From: an uncultured Spirochaetaceae bacterium
Lineage (GTDB): Bacteria > Spirochaetota > Spirochaetia > Treponematales > Treponemataceae
Direction: 5' to 3'
DNA length: 64,000 bases
Assembly: GCA_937875245.1 (NCBI GenBank)
Contig: CALNCH010000036.1
Coordinates: 6,093-70,092 of the forward strand
Shown: in pieces, positions 42,674 through 53,308 of the stretch
How positions within the stretch are numbered: the stretch's first letter is position 1
How the letters are laid out: each line of letters begins with the position of its first letter
Program-made: the position numbers and the translations under genes
Notes under the pieces: model-generated
Told to the model about the DNA's origin: nothing
Database searches by the model: none
Seen by the model: the letters and a program-made list of their open reading frames with translations, nothing else

Positions 42674-43543
42674 ATGGCTAAATATATTCCAAAACTAATA
42701 GAACCTTTACTAACATATGTACCTGATCAAACAGTACAAGATGCAGTAGAGATAGCAGGTAAGTTAGCAAGAGCTAAAATACTTTTCGACCAATTATATC
42801 CTAATAGGCCAAAGGTTGATAGGAATGGTCCACCAGATGCTTATGAAAATGAACAAGCAATAACAGAATATCCTTCACCTCTAAAGAAACACAGAACATA
42901 TTCAAGGATAGCACCTGATGGTTATGTTAGTGAACCACCAAGACAAAAATCAAGGTTAGATGGCGATACAAATCAAGGTTCATTTAATAACGTACTCTTG
43001 GAACAAGAAGTTATAACGTTTGTAGATTTAGATTTCGATGAGGATAAACATGTAGACTCTAGAAGGACAAATAGATTAACCATACCTTTCATACCAAAAG
43101 AATTAGACTATACACCACAGTCTAATTTTGTTGGGATAGCAAGTTTCGGAAGGAATAACCCTTTCTACCAATACACTGGATCAGAAGATACATTAACTTT
43201 CGAAATAGATTGGTTTTCAAATACATTTAACAGAGAAGATGTTATTACCAATTGTAGATGGATAGAAGCTTTAAGTAAAGCAGATGGATATGATGATGTA
43301 CCACACAGGGTAATGTTAAATTGGGGATCAGAAAACAAACTATTCTTAGATGAAGTTTGGTTAGTGGTAGCAGCACCATATAGGTTAAGCCAATTTCAAA
43401 GAGCGTATAGAGACCCGGATGGAGAAGTTAAATCATTACATTTATTACCCCAACAGGCTTATCAAACAGTTACATTAAAAAGGGTAACTAAAGAAAACCG
43501 AACTATCAAACAAATAATTGGAAACTTAGGCTATGTTAGATAA
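42674..43543 (+). CDS. tail/baseplate-associated protein (positional analogue of Mu gp43)
   Basis: 289-aa ORF between the tape measure and LysM genes. Role from position only. Confidence 0.5.
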   Translation: MAKYIPKLIEPLLTYVPDQTVQDAVEIAGKLARAKILFDQLYPNRPKVDRNGPPDAYENEQAITEYPSPLKKHRTYSRIAPDGYVSEPPRQKSRLDGDTNQGSFNNVLLEQEVITFVDLDFDEDKHVDSRRTNRLTIPFIPKELDYTPQSNFVGIASFGRNNPFYQYTGSEDTLTFEIDWFSNTFNREDVITNCRWIEALSKADGYDDVPHRVMLNWGSENKLFLDEVWLVVAAPYRLSQFQRAYRDPDGEVKSLHLLPQQAYQTVTLKRVTKENRTIKQIIGNLGYVR

Positions 43544-43808
43544 CGATTTATATACCGGAGGTAAGATCATTAACTATGAAGAAGGTGATCAAAGTTTACA
43601 AAGAGATAGGATAGTCCACAGGGAGGATTTAGAAGATCAATTACATACCATTAAGCAAGGGGAAACTCTAACTAGTATAGCATTCAGATATTACAAAAAA
43701 AGTAAACTCTGGTTCTTAATAGCTGATGTTAATAATATAGAAAATCCCACCTGTTTAAAAATTGGAATGGACTTAATTATACCTAACTACAAAAAGTATA
43801 ATCTATGA
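43533..43808 (+). CDS. LysM domain tail protein (P2 gpX-like)
   Basis: 91 aa. HTIKQGETLTSIAFRYYKKSKLWFLIADVNNIENPTCLKIGMDLIIP is a LysM motif. Confidence 0.8.
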   Translation: MLDNDLYTGGKIINYEEGDQSLQRDRIVHREDLEDQLHTIKQGETLTSIAFRYYKKSKLWFLIADVNNIENPTCLKIGMDLIIPNYKKYNL

Positions 43809-45658
43809 GCGATATCAAAACAATTTTACCAGAAGGTTATGGTATGCCACTTGCCTGGCTATACACACCTTCTGGTGACGTTTTAAGGGATTTCGATAAT
43901 ACCCCTATAACAAAATACATTGAATCATTTGAATATGAATATGCAGAGGAAGAAGATGATACATGTGACATAAAATTAAAGGTACCTACCGTGGCTACTC
44001 TAGACTTATCCTATTTTCAACAGGATGTAGTACTACATGTTCAATGGGGATTTCTATTAAATAATGGAAAGGTAATTAAATCCCCAATACGTAAAGTTGC
44101 GATTAGGGATTTAGATACAAGTTATTCTACTAACGGTATAGAACTTAGCTTAGAATGTACTGATTTAGTATCATACATGAAAGGCTTTAGGTCTAAAACT
44201 GTAAGAAGTGATAGTAGAGAACTTAGGATAGCAAGAGCAGTTGATAGGTCTGAAGATAATTTCATGGATTGGCTTAAGGAAGTTAATGATGGAAGGTACA
44301 CAGCAACATATACTAAAGGTAAGGATGTAATCAGATTGGACTTAAATGGTAGGATGCAAAATGCTCAACAGGATCCAAAAACTGGAACATACAAAATTGC
44401 CATAGATAATGCAAGGGTACAGAAGGATTTTATGCCACAGTTAAAAGTAGGAAAGATCATTAAAGGTAAATCTAAAACTATCACTCAAGCTATAGAGGAT
44501 CAATTAAAACTTCAGGCTGATTTAGAGAATGGTGGTACTGGTAAACCTATAGCAGATACTACTGATAACAATATACATATTAAACATCGTAACTTTAATC
44601 AACCCATATTCAAAACATATATTTGGGCTAATGGTAATGGCGAAGTAATTAAGTTTGACTCTAACACATCAACAAGAGCAACTAAGGAAGACTCAGCAAC
44701 ATCAACTGGAGTAGACCCTTTCAAAAAAGAAATAAGAAGCACAACAGTTGAAACTGCAGATACATCTAAGAATGATTACAAAAAAATCCAGGAAGCAGAT
44801 TTCAGTAAGTTAGATTTCAGTAATTCTAATAATGCAAGAACTGCTTTAGTAGATAAACCCGATAAACCAACTGATGAAACATTAAATGCTTGGCTAGAAG
44901 ATGCAAGAAATGTATTTAAGTACAACATTGAAAATCCATTAAACCAAAAGGAATTACCAGATTTAAGGTATGTAATAAATAAGCAATTTGTTAATGACCC
45001 AGTAATGGGAACCAGAACATCACCAATCTTTGTAAAGGTACCTTCTAGACAAATCCTAAACAGTCCTGACTTCATTGCCCTTAATTCAAAAGTAAGTAAA
45101 GATATTAGAGCTCAATACAGAAAGGCTGCTAGTATAGGGGGGGCTATCATTGATAAGATACAGAGAAAATATGAAGCCACCATGGAAGTAATTGGTGACC
45201 CATCTCTTATCAAAGGTAAAATAATAAACATGACTGGGTTGAGTAGATTAGACAATGGTAAGTGGTATATCACTAGATGTAGACATACTATCAAGATAGC
45301 CGAAGGTTATATGGTAAGCATGGATTTAATGAAGAACCCAAAAACAATTACATTATCTGCTAAGAGTATGGCTACAAACCCTAAATATGATGAAGAAGCA
45401 GATAAGATGTATTGGCCATTAACTACACAAGAAGATATTTATAAAGTGTTTGAACCCTCAAAAGAAGAAACCCAAAACTCAGAAAAATTAAATGACGTTG
45501 AAGTAAATAATCAATATAAAACTGAGGAAGATGACATCAGGGAGATAGAACAAAGATTGGATTACCTTAAAGCTGAAGAGGATTATGTACTACATAAAGA
45601 CATATCTTTCCAACCTACAAAAAGAACAGATAATATAACTAATACCGATATGAACTAA
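43805..45658 (+). CDS. baseplate hub protein (P2 gpD / Mu gp44-like, putative)
   Basis: 617 aa, between the LysM protein and the spike gene as in P2/Mu-type tails. Confidence 0.5.
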   Translation: MSDIKTILPEGYGMPLAWLYTPSGDVLRDFDNTPITKYIESFEYEYAEEEDDTCDIKLKVPTVATLDLSYFQQDVVLHVQWGFLLNNGKVIKSPIRKVAIRDLDTSYSTNGIELSLECTDLVSYMKGFRSKTVRSDSRELRIARAVDRSEDNFMDWLKEVNDGRYTATYTKGKDVIRLDLNGRMQNAQQDPKTGTYKIAIDNARVQKDFMPQLKVGKIIKGKSKTITQAIEDQLKLQADLENGGTGKPIADTTDNNIHIKHRNFNQPIFKTYIWANGNGEVIKFDSNTSTRATKEDSATSTGVDPFKKEIRSTTVETADTSKNDYKKIQEADFSKLDFSNSNNARTALVDKPDKPTDETLNAWLEDARNVFKYNIENPLNQKELPDLRYVINKQFVNDPVMGTRTSPIFVKVPSRQILNSPDFIALNSKVSKDIRAQYRKAASIGGAIIDKIQRKYEATMEVIGDPSLIKGKIINMTGLSRLDNGKWYITRCRHTIKIAEGYMVSMDLMKNPKTITLSAKSMATNPKYDEEADKMYWPLTTQEDIYKVFEPSKEETQNSEKLNDVEVNNQYKTEEDDIREIEQRLDYLKAEEDYVLHKDISFQPTKRTDNITNTDMN

Positions 45659-46392
45659 TGAAAGGGGATAGGTTTAATATTTGGACAAGTATATTACAAT
45701 ATGGACTAGAGTTCATAGGTTTACACTATGGAACATATAGGGCATTTGTAATAGATAATGATGACCCAGAAAATATGAGTCGTCTACAATTACGTATACC
45801 ACAAATAAATGAATTAACAGATGACTCTACTTGGGCATGGCCGAAAGGTTTACATGGTGCTAATGGTAATGGCTCACAACTATTGCCTCAGAAAGGGGAT
45901 ATGGTTTGGGTACAGTTTGAATATGGTAATCCTGATTATCCGGTATGGAGTTTTGCTGGTTATGGGGAAAACGAAAAACCGACAGAATTTAAAACACCAA
46001 AACACTATGGATTTAAAACTCCAAAAGGAAGTATAGTATTAATTAATGATAATAAGGACGAAGAGGAAATACTAGTTAAGTTAAATTCTAATTTAGATTA
46101 TATTAGAATAAATAAAGATTTATTAGAACTAGAAGCTAAATTAATTAAGCTTGGGAAAGATGGGGATGAACAAGCAGTATTAGGTAATACCTTAGAAGAT
46201 AAATTAGATAAAATCCTAGAACAACTTAATGATTTACAAATAGCTTTAATAAATCATACACATACAAGTAATGTAGGACCCACTGGTACACCCATTAACT
46301 TCATGGATATAGTTCAGACACGTTCTGCTTTAAATGAAATCAAATCCTCAATACCTGAAATACTTAGTAATAAGGTTAAATTAGATAAATAA
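45658..46392 (+). CDS. baseplate central spike (gpV / gp5 OB-fold family)
   Basis: 244 aa. GTYRAFVIDNDDPENMSRLQLRIPQI...WAWP...GDMVWVQFEYGNPDYPVW fits the gpV/VgrG N-terminal pattern. Confidence 0.7.
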   Translation: MKGDRFNIWTSILQYGLEFIGLHYGTYRAFVIDNDDPENMSRLQLRIPQINELTDDSTWAWPKGLHGANGNGSQLLPQKGDMVWVQFEYGNPDYPVWSFAGYGENEKPTEFKTPKHYGFKTPKGSIVLINDNKDEEEILVKLNSNLDYIRINKDLLELEAKLIKLGKDGDEQAVLGNTLEDKLDKILEQLNDLQIALINHTHTSNVGPTGTPINFMDIVQTRSALNEIKSSIPEILSNKVKLDK

Positions 46393-46393
46393 T

Positions 46394-46606
46394 ATGGGAG
46401 CACCAGGACAAGGCTTAGATAAGATTTTATTGAAATCAGATATCAAGGATATACTAAGCGACCTTAGAAATATGACTGATACTGAATTCGCTAATCATCA
46501 GGAAATATTTGCAGAAAGATTATCAGCAGCAATAGATCTATATGTTAGAAGTGGTAAAGTTATAACAGTAGGTTCTGCCACAACACAACAAGGAGCAATC
46601 ACATGA
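46394..46606 (+). CDS. hypothetical baseplate-region protein
   Basis: 70-aa ORF. ATGA overlap with the next gene. Confidence 0.55.
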   Translation: MGAPGQGLDKILLKSDIKDILSDLRNMTDTEFANHQEIFAERLSAAIDLYVRSGKVITVGSATTQQGAIT

Positions 46607-47004
46607 CAAATACAGAAAAGTTTTTAGGATCAGGCTTAGCATTTCCACTACTCTTAGATGATAGTGGAAAAGTTGTTGTTAGTACAGGTATAGATTTAAT
46701 AAAATCATCAATCTACAACATAATCAATTGGCCATACAAACATCGTTTCTTTTTAGAAGAATATGGTTGTAGAATAGAGGAATTACTTGAAGAGCCTAAT
46801 GATAACATCTCTTTTAACCTAGCAAGGAGGTATATAACAGATGCTTTAAATGATTGGGAAAAAAGGATATCTATTATACCTTCAGATATAGCAGTGGAAA
46901 GAGTTGATGACAAAGCAGTATATCTTAAATTAAAATACACAATAGTTTCAACCAAGAAAGAAGAAACTTTCATATACCCATTTTACAAACAAATAAACTA
47001 CTAA
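46603..47004 (+). CDS. baseplate wedge protein (gpW / T4 gp25-like)
   Basis: 133 aa. LGSGLAFPLLLDDSGKVVVSTGIDLIKSSIYNIINWPYKHRFFLEEYGCRIEELLEEPND fits the GPW_gp25 pattern. Confidence 0.75.
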   Translation: MTNTEKFLGSGLAFPLLLDDSGKVVVSTGIDLIKSSIYNIINWPYKHRFFLEEYGCRIEELLEEPNDNISFNLARRYITDALNDWEKRISIIPSDIAVERVDDKAVYLKLKYTIVSTKKEETFIYPFYKQINY

Positions 47005-47007
47005 ATT

Positions 47008-48684
47008 ATGAAACTAACTAATCCTTGGGTAGGCTATGCAAATAGAAGTTATTTAAGTATAAAAAATTCTTTACTTAACAGATTAGGTGAAAAGATGCCA
47101 GAAGTATCGGATCACTCTGAAAGTAATATATTAGTAATAATCTTATCAATGTTTGCTGGAGTTGCAGAGATGTTAAATTATTACATTGATAATACGGCCA
47201 GAGAAGCCTTCTTACCTACAGCAAGAAGGTACTCTAGTGTAGTAAGACATACCAGGTTAATAGATTATAGAATTAAAGCTATAATCCCTGCTACAGTAGA
47301 CCTACAAATTAAATTTGTACAACAAGGTATTATTACTCCAACAACTAACCCTTTCAATATACCCATAGGAACAATATTCACTACTGCAAACGGTATTCAA
47401 TTTGTAAGTAGCATAGAAGTAAATGTACCTTTAGGATCAACCATAATTACTGTACCTGTAATGCAAATGACCTATATGCCTGATATGTTTATAGGAACAA
47501 TAGAAACATTAGATGATCCGGTATTTTCTTTAGGTAGTGACTATGTTAATAACAGTTTAAGCCTTACAGTAGGGGGAGAACCCTGGGAAAGAGTTGAAAC
47601 ATTAGGATTATCTGGGCCAACAGATAAACACTATATAGTTGATATATCCGTTGATAGGATAGCCTATATCAGATTTGGAGATAACATCAATGGTTTAGTA
47701 CCTACAATGGGTGCAGAATTAGTAGGAGATTATTATGTATCTGAAGGAGCAAACGGAAATGTTCTAGAGAATAATATAACAACTACAGAGTTCAATTTAG
47801 CTCAAGGTGGTACTAACTTTGAAATCACAAACTTAACACAAGCAGTGGGTGGAACTGATTATGAAGATATCAAAAGATTAAAGAGATCAGCTCCTTTACA
47901 TTTAAGAACATTAAATAGAGCAGTAACAGAGCAGGATCATGTTGATATCTCTTTACTAGCACCGGGAGTTGATAAAGCAGATATAGAATACAACTGTGGT
48001 AAAACAATAGATATCTATATATCACCAAATGGGGGTGGGGTTGCTAGTAGTAATTTACTTCAATCAACAGAAAATTATTTTGAAGATAAAAAAATGGTAG
48101 GTACATTTATAAAAGCTAAGCCAGCGGGTATCTCAGAAATATATTTAGAATTAAGGGTAACGGCTAAATTCAGGAGAAGTGCAATACAAACTAGTGAGGA
48201 TGTAAAGAATGCTTTACTTAATGCATACTCTTACGAAAACTCTGATATAAATAAAAAAATAAGGCTATCGGATGTAATTGCTTTAGTAGATAACTTAGAG
48301 AAGGTTGATTACTTAGACTTACTAAAGATATACCTTATTCCTTATATCAGACCAGTGGGACACAATGAAATATTAGTAGGAGATATACAAATCTTACCAG
48401 GCTCTAACACAAGGTTAAATTGGAAATTACAATATGATGGAAGTACAATGAGGTTGTATAAAGCAAACATACATATTGGAAACATTACAATCAACACACC
48501 TTACACAGACCCAGAAGGTATCATATCACTATTAATAGAACCGGGTAATTATATAACCGGACAAGAATGGGAATTTACTACAGAACCAACTGGAGTAAAT
48601 ATAGAAACGAATGATTTCTCTGTACCAGTATTAACAGAGGATAATCTTATTATAACAGTAATAGAACAAATAACTGCAGGATAA
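47008..48684 (+). CDS. baseplate J-like protein (gpJ / T4 gp6 family)
   Basis: 558 aa, downstream of the gpW-like gene. Order and size as in P2/Mu. Confidence 0.65.
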   Translation: MKLTNPWVGYANRSYLSIKNSLLNRLGEKMPEVSDHSESNILVIILSMFAGVAEMLNYYIDNTAREAFLPTARRYSSVVRHTRLIDYRIKAIIPATVDLQIKFVQQGIITPTTNPFNIPIGTIFTTANGIQFVSSIEVNVPLGSTIITVPVMQMTYMPDMFIGTIETLDDPVFSLGSDYVNNSLSLTVGGEPWERVETLGLSGPTDKHYIVDISVDRIAYIRFGDNINGLVPTMGAELVGDYYVSEGANGNVLENNITTTEFNLAQGGTNFEITNLTQAVGGTDYEDIKRLKRSAPLHLRTLNRAVTEQDHVDISLLAPGVDKADIEYNCGKTIDIYISPNGGGVASSNLLQSTENYFEDKKMVGTFIKAKPAGISEIYLELRVTAKFRRSAIQTSEDVKNALLNAYSYENSDINKKIRLSDVIALVDNLEKVDYLDLLKIYLIPYIRPVGHNEILVGDIQILPGSNTRLNWKLQYDGSTMRLYKANIHIGNITINTPYTDPEGIISLLIEPGNYITGQEWEFTTEPTGVNIETNDFSVPVLTEDNLIITVIEQITAG

Positions 48685-49874
48685 TGGGTTGTTGTAATGA
48701 AAACCAAGTACCTCAAATCATTGATTTCGAGGGAGCAGATTTTAACTGGAACGATTTCCTAACTGGTATACCTAGTATACTGTTTAGGAACTTTCTGTTT
48801 AGTAGATTACCAGATTACTTTAAAGCTAATGATAGTTATAAAGATGCTGATGATAAAGGTTTACTAGAAAGGTTCATGGATATAATGGGACAAGAACTTG
48901 ATGAAGGAGTTTATCCCTATATTTATAATTACCTTGATATAATAGATGCACAGAAAGCTAACTCTGTATATTTAAATCACATATCGGATATGTTAGGTAA
49001 TCCTCCTGATATTTTTGGCTCTAATCAAGCATACAGGAATATGCTTAGTTATATCACATCTATCTATAAGATAAAAGGAACAAAGAAGGCTTATCAATTA
49101 TTTTTTTCAATTTTAGGATATGATGTAGAAATAAATGAGATAGTACCTATATCAACCGAGTCAACTTATGATAGTGGGGGAATTTATGATAATGATAATG
49201 TATTTGAAAATAACACTACAAGCTATGATGGAACATCTTGTCCAGCCTGTGTATATTATGACATATCATTATTTCCTAGAGAGAACGTTGTAGTTGATAT
49301 AAAATATGATGATGATTTCTATAGAAGGTTACTAGAAGCTATAAAATTCAATGAACCTATTAATTCAAAGGTAAGAAACATATATATTGGTTTAGCATTA
49401 AGTGATACAATGGATATTAATATAAATGATGTAACAGATGTAACATTAAGGATATCTCCAACTTATGATGCTACTAATGAGTATGATGATAACTTAGAAT
49501 ATGATCTATATGGAGGTCAGAATATAGGTGTAATCATAAATGGTATCATCATAACAGTTATAGAAACAGGCGGTGGATATTATATAACAATGAGTATACC
49601 AGTAAGTAATTCACCTTTAGATCAAGTGATACCTTTAAGTCTAAAGGCATACGATTCCAATAATGATGAAATATATAATATTGATGGTTTCTTAGAAGAT
49701 ATTTTAATCGATAGTGGTTTCCTAGTAGGGGTAGTGATACAGCCATTGATATTCATTCCGACCTACAATGAATTAAGACTGGAAGGTGAAATAAAAACAG
49801 TAGATGGATTATCATCTGTCTTCAATATACCCCTAACACTGGGTGATAATACACTAACCTTAACACTCCAATAA
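48684..49874 (+). CDS. baseplate/tail protein I-like (P2 gpI family, putative)
   Basis: 396 aa. N-terminal region ...LLERFMDIMGQELDE...YLNHISDMLGNPPD...YITSIYKIKGTKKAYQLFFSILGY resembles the tail_P2_I signature. Confidence 0.5.
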   Translation: MGCCNENQVPQIIDFEGADFNWNDFLTGIPSILFRNFLFSRLPDYFKANDSYKDADDKGLLERFMDIMGQELDEGVYPYIYNYLDIIDAQKANSVYLNHISDMLGNPPDIFGSNQAYRNMLSYITSIYKIKGTKKAYQLFFSILGYDVEINEIVPISTESTYDSGGIYDNDNVFENNTTSYDGTSCPACVYYDISLFPRENVVVDIKYDDDFYRRLLEAIKFNEPINSKVRNIYIGLALSDTMDININDVTDVTLRISPTYDATNEYDDNLEYDLYGGQNIGVIINGIIITVIETGGGYYITMSIPVSNSPLDQVIPLSLKAYDSNNDEIYNIDGFLEDILIDSGFLVGVVIQPLIFIPTYNELRLEGEIKTVDGLSSVFNIPLTLGDNTLTLTLQ

Positions 49875-49876
49875 TT

Positions 49877-50476
49877 ATGATTAAAGCAGCCATACCAATA
49901 ATCTTTTCATACCTTGTTAAAATTCTCACTATTAAAGAAGGTACATTTAAAGTAGTGGGAATACTAACTGCTGCACCAACAACATTCGGTTTATACAAAT
50001 ATATCGAAATAATGTTAGATGGAGCAGACCTAAAGAAAATATTTATTACAATCACTATAGAAATAGGAATGTTAATAATATTCGGAATATTTTCTACAAT
50101 TGATATGGCCATAGGTATACAGGCATCCTTACACGAGAACGCTTTACAACCTGAACCATTACCTGCTAATGTTGTAATAAAGAGTAGTAAACTTTGGTCT
50201 ACTTTCTGGAAGTTCTTTGGAGTAGTGGTACTAACAATAATGCTAACATTCCTAGCAATCATAGCTATAGCACTTGAAGCCAGTGTTACAACCTGGATTA
50301 TTATGTGGGCATTAATAGGATTTTGGTTTATGGCATGTTGTTATGAGTTCTATTCAATGGGGGAAAATATAGCTAGGAAAAACAATGGTAAGAAACCAAG
50401 AGTCTTCGAATTTTTCGATAAAGTTCTAGAAGCTCTTCAACAAAAAGCAATCGATAAAATAAACGATAAACTATAA
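49877..50476 (+). CDS. holin-like multi-pass membrane protein
   Basis: 199 aa with about 5 hydrophobic helices. FSTIDMAIGIQAS...VIKSSKLWSTFWK resembles the holin_4 family core. Directly upstream of the endolysin. Confidence 0.6.
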   Translation: MIKAAIPIIFSYLVKILTIKEGTFKVVGILTAAPTTFGLYKYIEIMLDGADLKKIFITITIEIGMLIIFGIFSTIDMAIGIQASLHENALQPEPLPANVVIKSSKLWSTFWKFFGVVVLTIMLTFLAIIAIALEASVTTWIIMWALIGFWFMACCYEFYSMGENIARKNNGKKPRVFEFFDKVLEALQQKAIDKINDKL

Positions 50477-50480
50477 TATT

Positions 50481-51005
50481 ATGCAAGAACAATATAGTTG
50501 GTTAAAAAAAGTACAAAGTCCTAAGGTTATAGCAGAAGCTATGGCCTTTTATGGTGTTACAGAAATAGTTGGACCAAAACACAATGCAACTATTATGGGT
50601 TGGGCTAAAACTCTTAATATGGAAAATACATACAATGCAGATGAAATTGCATGGTGTGGTTTATTCGTAGCAATAGTAGTTAAGAATGCAAACTTCGAAC
50701 CAGTAAAAGCACCTTTATGGGCTAGGAACTGGGCTAGTTTTGGAACTAAACAAACTACTGCTAAACTTGGAGATATTTTGGTATTCAGTAGAGGAACAGG
50801 TGGCCATGTAGGATTCTATGTTGGGGAAGATAAAGAAGCTTACCATGTTCTAGGCGGAAATCAAAGTAATATGGTAAACGTAACAAGGATTTTAAAAACA
50901 AGGTTATTGGCAATCAGGAGATGTCCTTGGAAAATAGCAGAACCAAAAGAGGTAAAGAAGATAATGTTAGATGCTAAAGGACAAATATCTAAAAACGAAG
51001 CGTAA
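50481..51005 (+). CDS. endolysin, CHAP/NlpC-P60-like (TIGR02594-type)
   Basis: 174 aa. The AWCGLFV (Cys) and GDILVFSRGTGGHVGFYVGE (His) pairing is typical of this peptidase family. Confidence 0.6.
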   Translation: MQEQYSWLKKVQSPKVIAEAMAFYGVTEIVGPKHNATIMGWAKTLNMENTYNADEIAWCGLFVAIVVKNANFEPVKAPLWARNWASFGTKQTTAKLGDILVFSRGTGGHVGFYVGEDKEAYHVLGGNQSNMVNVTRILKTRLLAIRRCPWKIAEPKEVKKIMLDAKGQISKNEA

Positions 51006-51433
51006 TGGTTAATAATAAATTAAACATAGGAATTAAAGGGGAAATTACAGTTAAAACTATTAATCCTAGTAAAGAAGAAGAAGTAATCTTTAATTCTAGT
51101 AATAATATTACTATGGATTCTCTAGAAATAATAACTCGATGCCTTAGTCAGCAGGATTTTAATAAATCTGTTGATAGGATTAAAATCATTGGGGACTTTG
51201 GACAACAAGAAAGTACTGTTAATAACGTACACTATATTCCACAAGAAAATGCTATAGTATTTAGAGCAGTATTTCCTGAGTCACAATTCTCTGGTATGAT
51301 AACTGGATTAGAATTAATTTGTTCTGCTTTAAACAAAAAACTAGCAATCAAGGAAAACCTAACAATCTTTAAAGAAAACAGCAACCTATTATTACAGGTT
51401 GACTGGAAAATAATAATAACAAGTAATCAATAG
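51005..51433 (+). CDS. hypothetical protein
   Basis: 142-aa ORF between the endolysin and the tail fibre. Confidence 0.6.
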   Translation: MVNNKLNIGIKGEITVKTINPSKEEEVIFNSSNNITMDSLEIITRCLSQQDFNKSVDRIKIIGDFGQQESTVNNVHYIPQENAIVFRAVFPESQFSGMITGLELICSALNKKLAIKENLTIFKENSNLLLQVDWKIIITSNQ

Positions 51434-51439
51434 GAAATT

Positions 51440-52837
51440 ATGGCAACAACACTTTTCACAACATACAGAGCCCCAGTTAACTCTTTTCCTACAGGACAGA
51501 GAGACATCGGAATGCATAAAGCAGGAAGATATAGTGGCTTTGATTTATTACAATCAGGTGGAGCATTAAACCTTATTCTATCACATACAGATAAGGTAAG
51601 TAAAACGAGTTCTACTAACACAACCATGCCAGTATTCGGCTCTATCCTTTTCAAATCTGGGATAGTTGCACACGTAGAAGATAATATAAACCTCGTTATC
51701 GAAACAAACTCTGGTAATACAATGGACAGAAATGATATCATCATTGCTGAGAACATTTACCAAGAAACTCAAGGAGGAACACCTATAACATTCAGCATTG
51801 TAAAAGGTCCTATTAACTCAGCATCAATCCCAACAGTACCTAATCCCAGTACACAAATTGTATTGGGTGTTTTAAAGATAGCAGCAAACGGGTTTCAATT
51901 TAGTGATATTACATATACTCCATCATACCCAGCATTACCGGGAGATATGACTTATGAAGTATTAGCAACAATCATTAATTCAACTGTAGCGGTACCACCA
52001 GCAAGTACAACAGTAGAAGGAAAAACTAGATATGCTACACCAACAGAAGCGAAAGCTAAGGTTTTAGGAAATGCTGCATTAACACCATCATCATTAGCAG
52101 ATTACCAAGCTACAACAACATTCACTGGTTTAGTAAGAAGAGCAACAAGTGCAAACATTAATGGAGGTACATCAGATTTAAACAATGATGAGTTATATAT
52201 TACTCCAGCATTATTACAGTTATTCAAAGGGGATTTACAAACATATATCCAACAAATAATTAATAATAGTTTACCTGGCCAAGCCACTACAACTGTACCT
52301 GGAATAATGAGGATAGCTAATCCACAAGAGTTAGCTGCTAGATCATCAATGTCTGTAGCATTAGCACCAGGACACTTACCATCACTATCAGCAACTTCTG
52401 CTTCGCCGGGATTAGTAAGATCAACATTAGAGGATCTAACAACACAAGGGGTACCTACATTATTACCAGATGTGGGTACAGTAACACCAGCAGGCTTAAG
52501 GCATTTAGGATTAGGGGCAGTAAAGGTAGTAGAAGGTAGTGTTATAACAACATCACCCGATGGAACTAAAGGTCCTAATGATTGGCCATTTAATAGATTT
52601 ACAGTTAATCCACCAGTAGGATATACCATAGAAGATTTGGTATCATTTTCACCTTCTCCTTATTTTATGTCATTCAAAGCAGATACAGTTAATGGTAGCG
52701 TATTATTCATAAACTGGAGAAGATCGGGTACTGGAGCATTCGGATTTATTGAGGGTACAGCCAATTGTTCTAATAACAATGCTCAGGCAGCACAGATGAT
52801 AAAATACATAGCATTATTCATTAAAACAAGTTCATAA
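51440..52837 (+). CDS. tail fibre protein
   Basis: 465 aa. Repeated fibre motif TTVEGKTRYATPTEAKAKVLGNAALTPSSL / TTVPGIMRIANPQELAARSSMSVALAPGHL, plus shorter TGLVRRAT and PGLVRSTL copies. Confidence 0.72.
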   Translation: MATTLFTTYRAPVNSFPTGQRDIGMHKAGRYSGFDLLQSGGALNLILSHTDKVSKTSSTNTTMPVFGSILFKSGIVAHVEDNINLVIETNSGNTMDRNDIIIAENIYQETQGGTPITFSIVKGPINSASIPTVPNPSTQIVLGVLKIAANGFQFSDITYTPSYPALPGDMTYEVLATIINSTVAVPPASTTVEGKTRYATPTEAKAKVLGNAALTPSSLADYQATTTFTGLVRRATSANINGGTSDLNNDELYITPALLQLFKGDLQTYIQQIINNSLPGQATTTVPGIMRIANPQELAARSSMSVALAPGHLPSLSATSASPGLVRSTLEDLTTQGVPTLLPDVGTVTPAGLRHLGLGAVKVVEGSVITTSPDGTKGPNDWPFNRFTVNPPVGYTIEDLVSFSPSPYFMSFKADTVNGSVLFINWRRSGTGAFGFIEGTANCSNNNAQAAQMIKYIALFIKTSS

Positions 52838-52838
52838 G

Positions 52839-53231
52839 ATGATAACAGAAAATATATATTTCGAAATAGACTCAGGTAACATTGTAATCTCTGTTACCAA
52901 TGCTTTACCTAATACAGAGAATGAGGTAATAGAAAGAGTAGAAGGACAAATAAATGATCCTTATGATATGGTAGGAAGAAACATATCAGAACTAGAAATG
53001 AACCCTAGACCTAATAGACAACCAGGAACTATAATCCCTGCAGCTCCTTCTAAAAGATGGTTTGATAGACTAAGAATTGCTCAAGCAGAGTTAACCTTAG
53101 TAACATCATTAGAATTATCTTCACAGATAGAAGCCGCTAATTTAAATGTAAATAGGATAAGATCAGAATTTAATTCACAATATAATCCAAGTGATAATAT
53201 CCTTTCACCAACTGGTTTAGAGGAAGCTTAA
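52839..53231 (+). CDS. hypothetical protein (possible fibre assembly factor)
   Basis: 130-aa ORF immediately after the fibre gene. Last gene of the late operon. Confidence 0.55.
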   Translation: MITENIYFEIDSGNIVISVTNALPNTENEVIERVEGQINDPYDMVGRNISELEMNPRPNRQPGTIIPAAPSKRWFDRLRIAQAELTLVTSLELSSQIEAANLNVNRIRSEFNSQYNPSDNILSPTGLEEA

Positions 53232-53269
53232 AACATACCGTTTAATACTTGCCTATTTTTCTGTGGTTG

Positions 53270-53308
53270 ACGCCAAAGTTTATGATCTTCGGAAATATTC
53301 TTTGGCGT
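53270..53308 (+). terminator. terminator of the late operon (overlaps the 3' end of the convergent gene)
   Basis: ACGCCAAAG-N21-CTTTGGCGT followed by TTTTTT. Confidence 0.6.
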
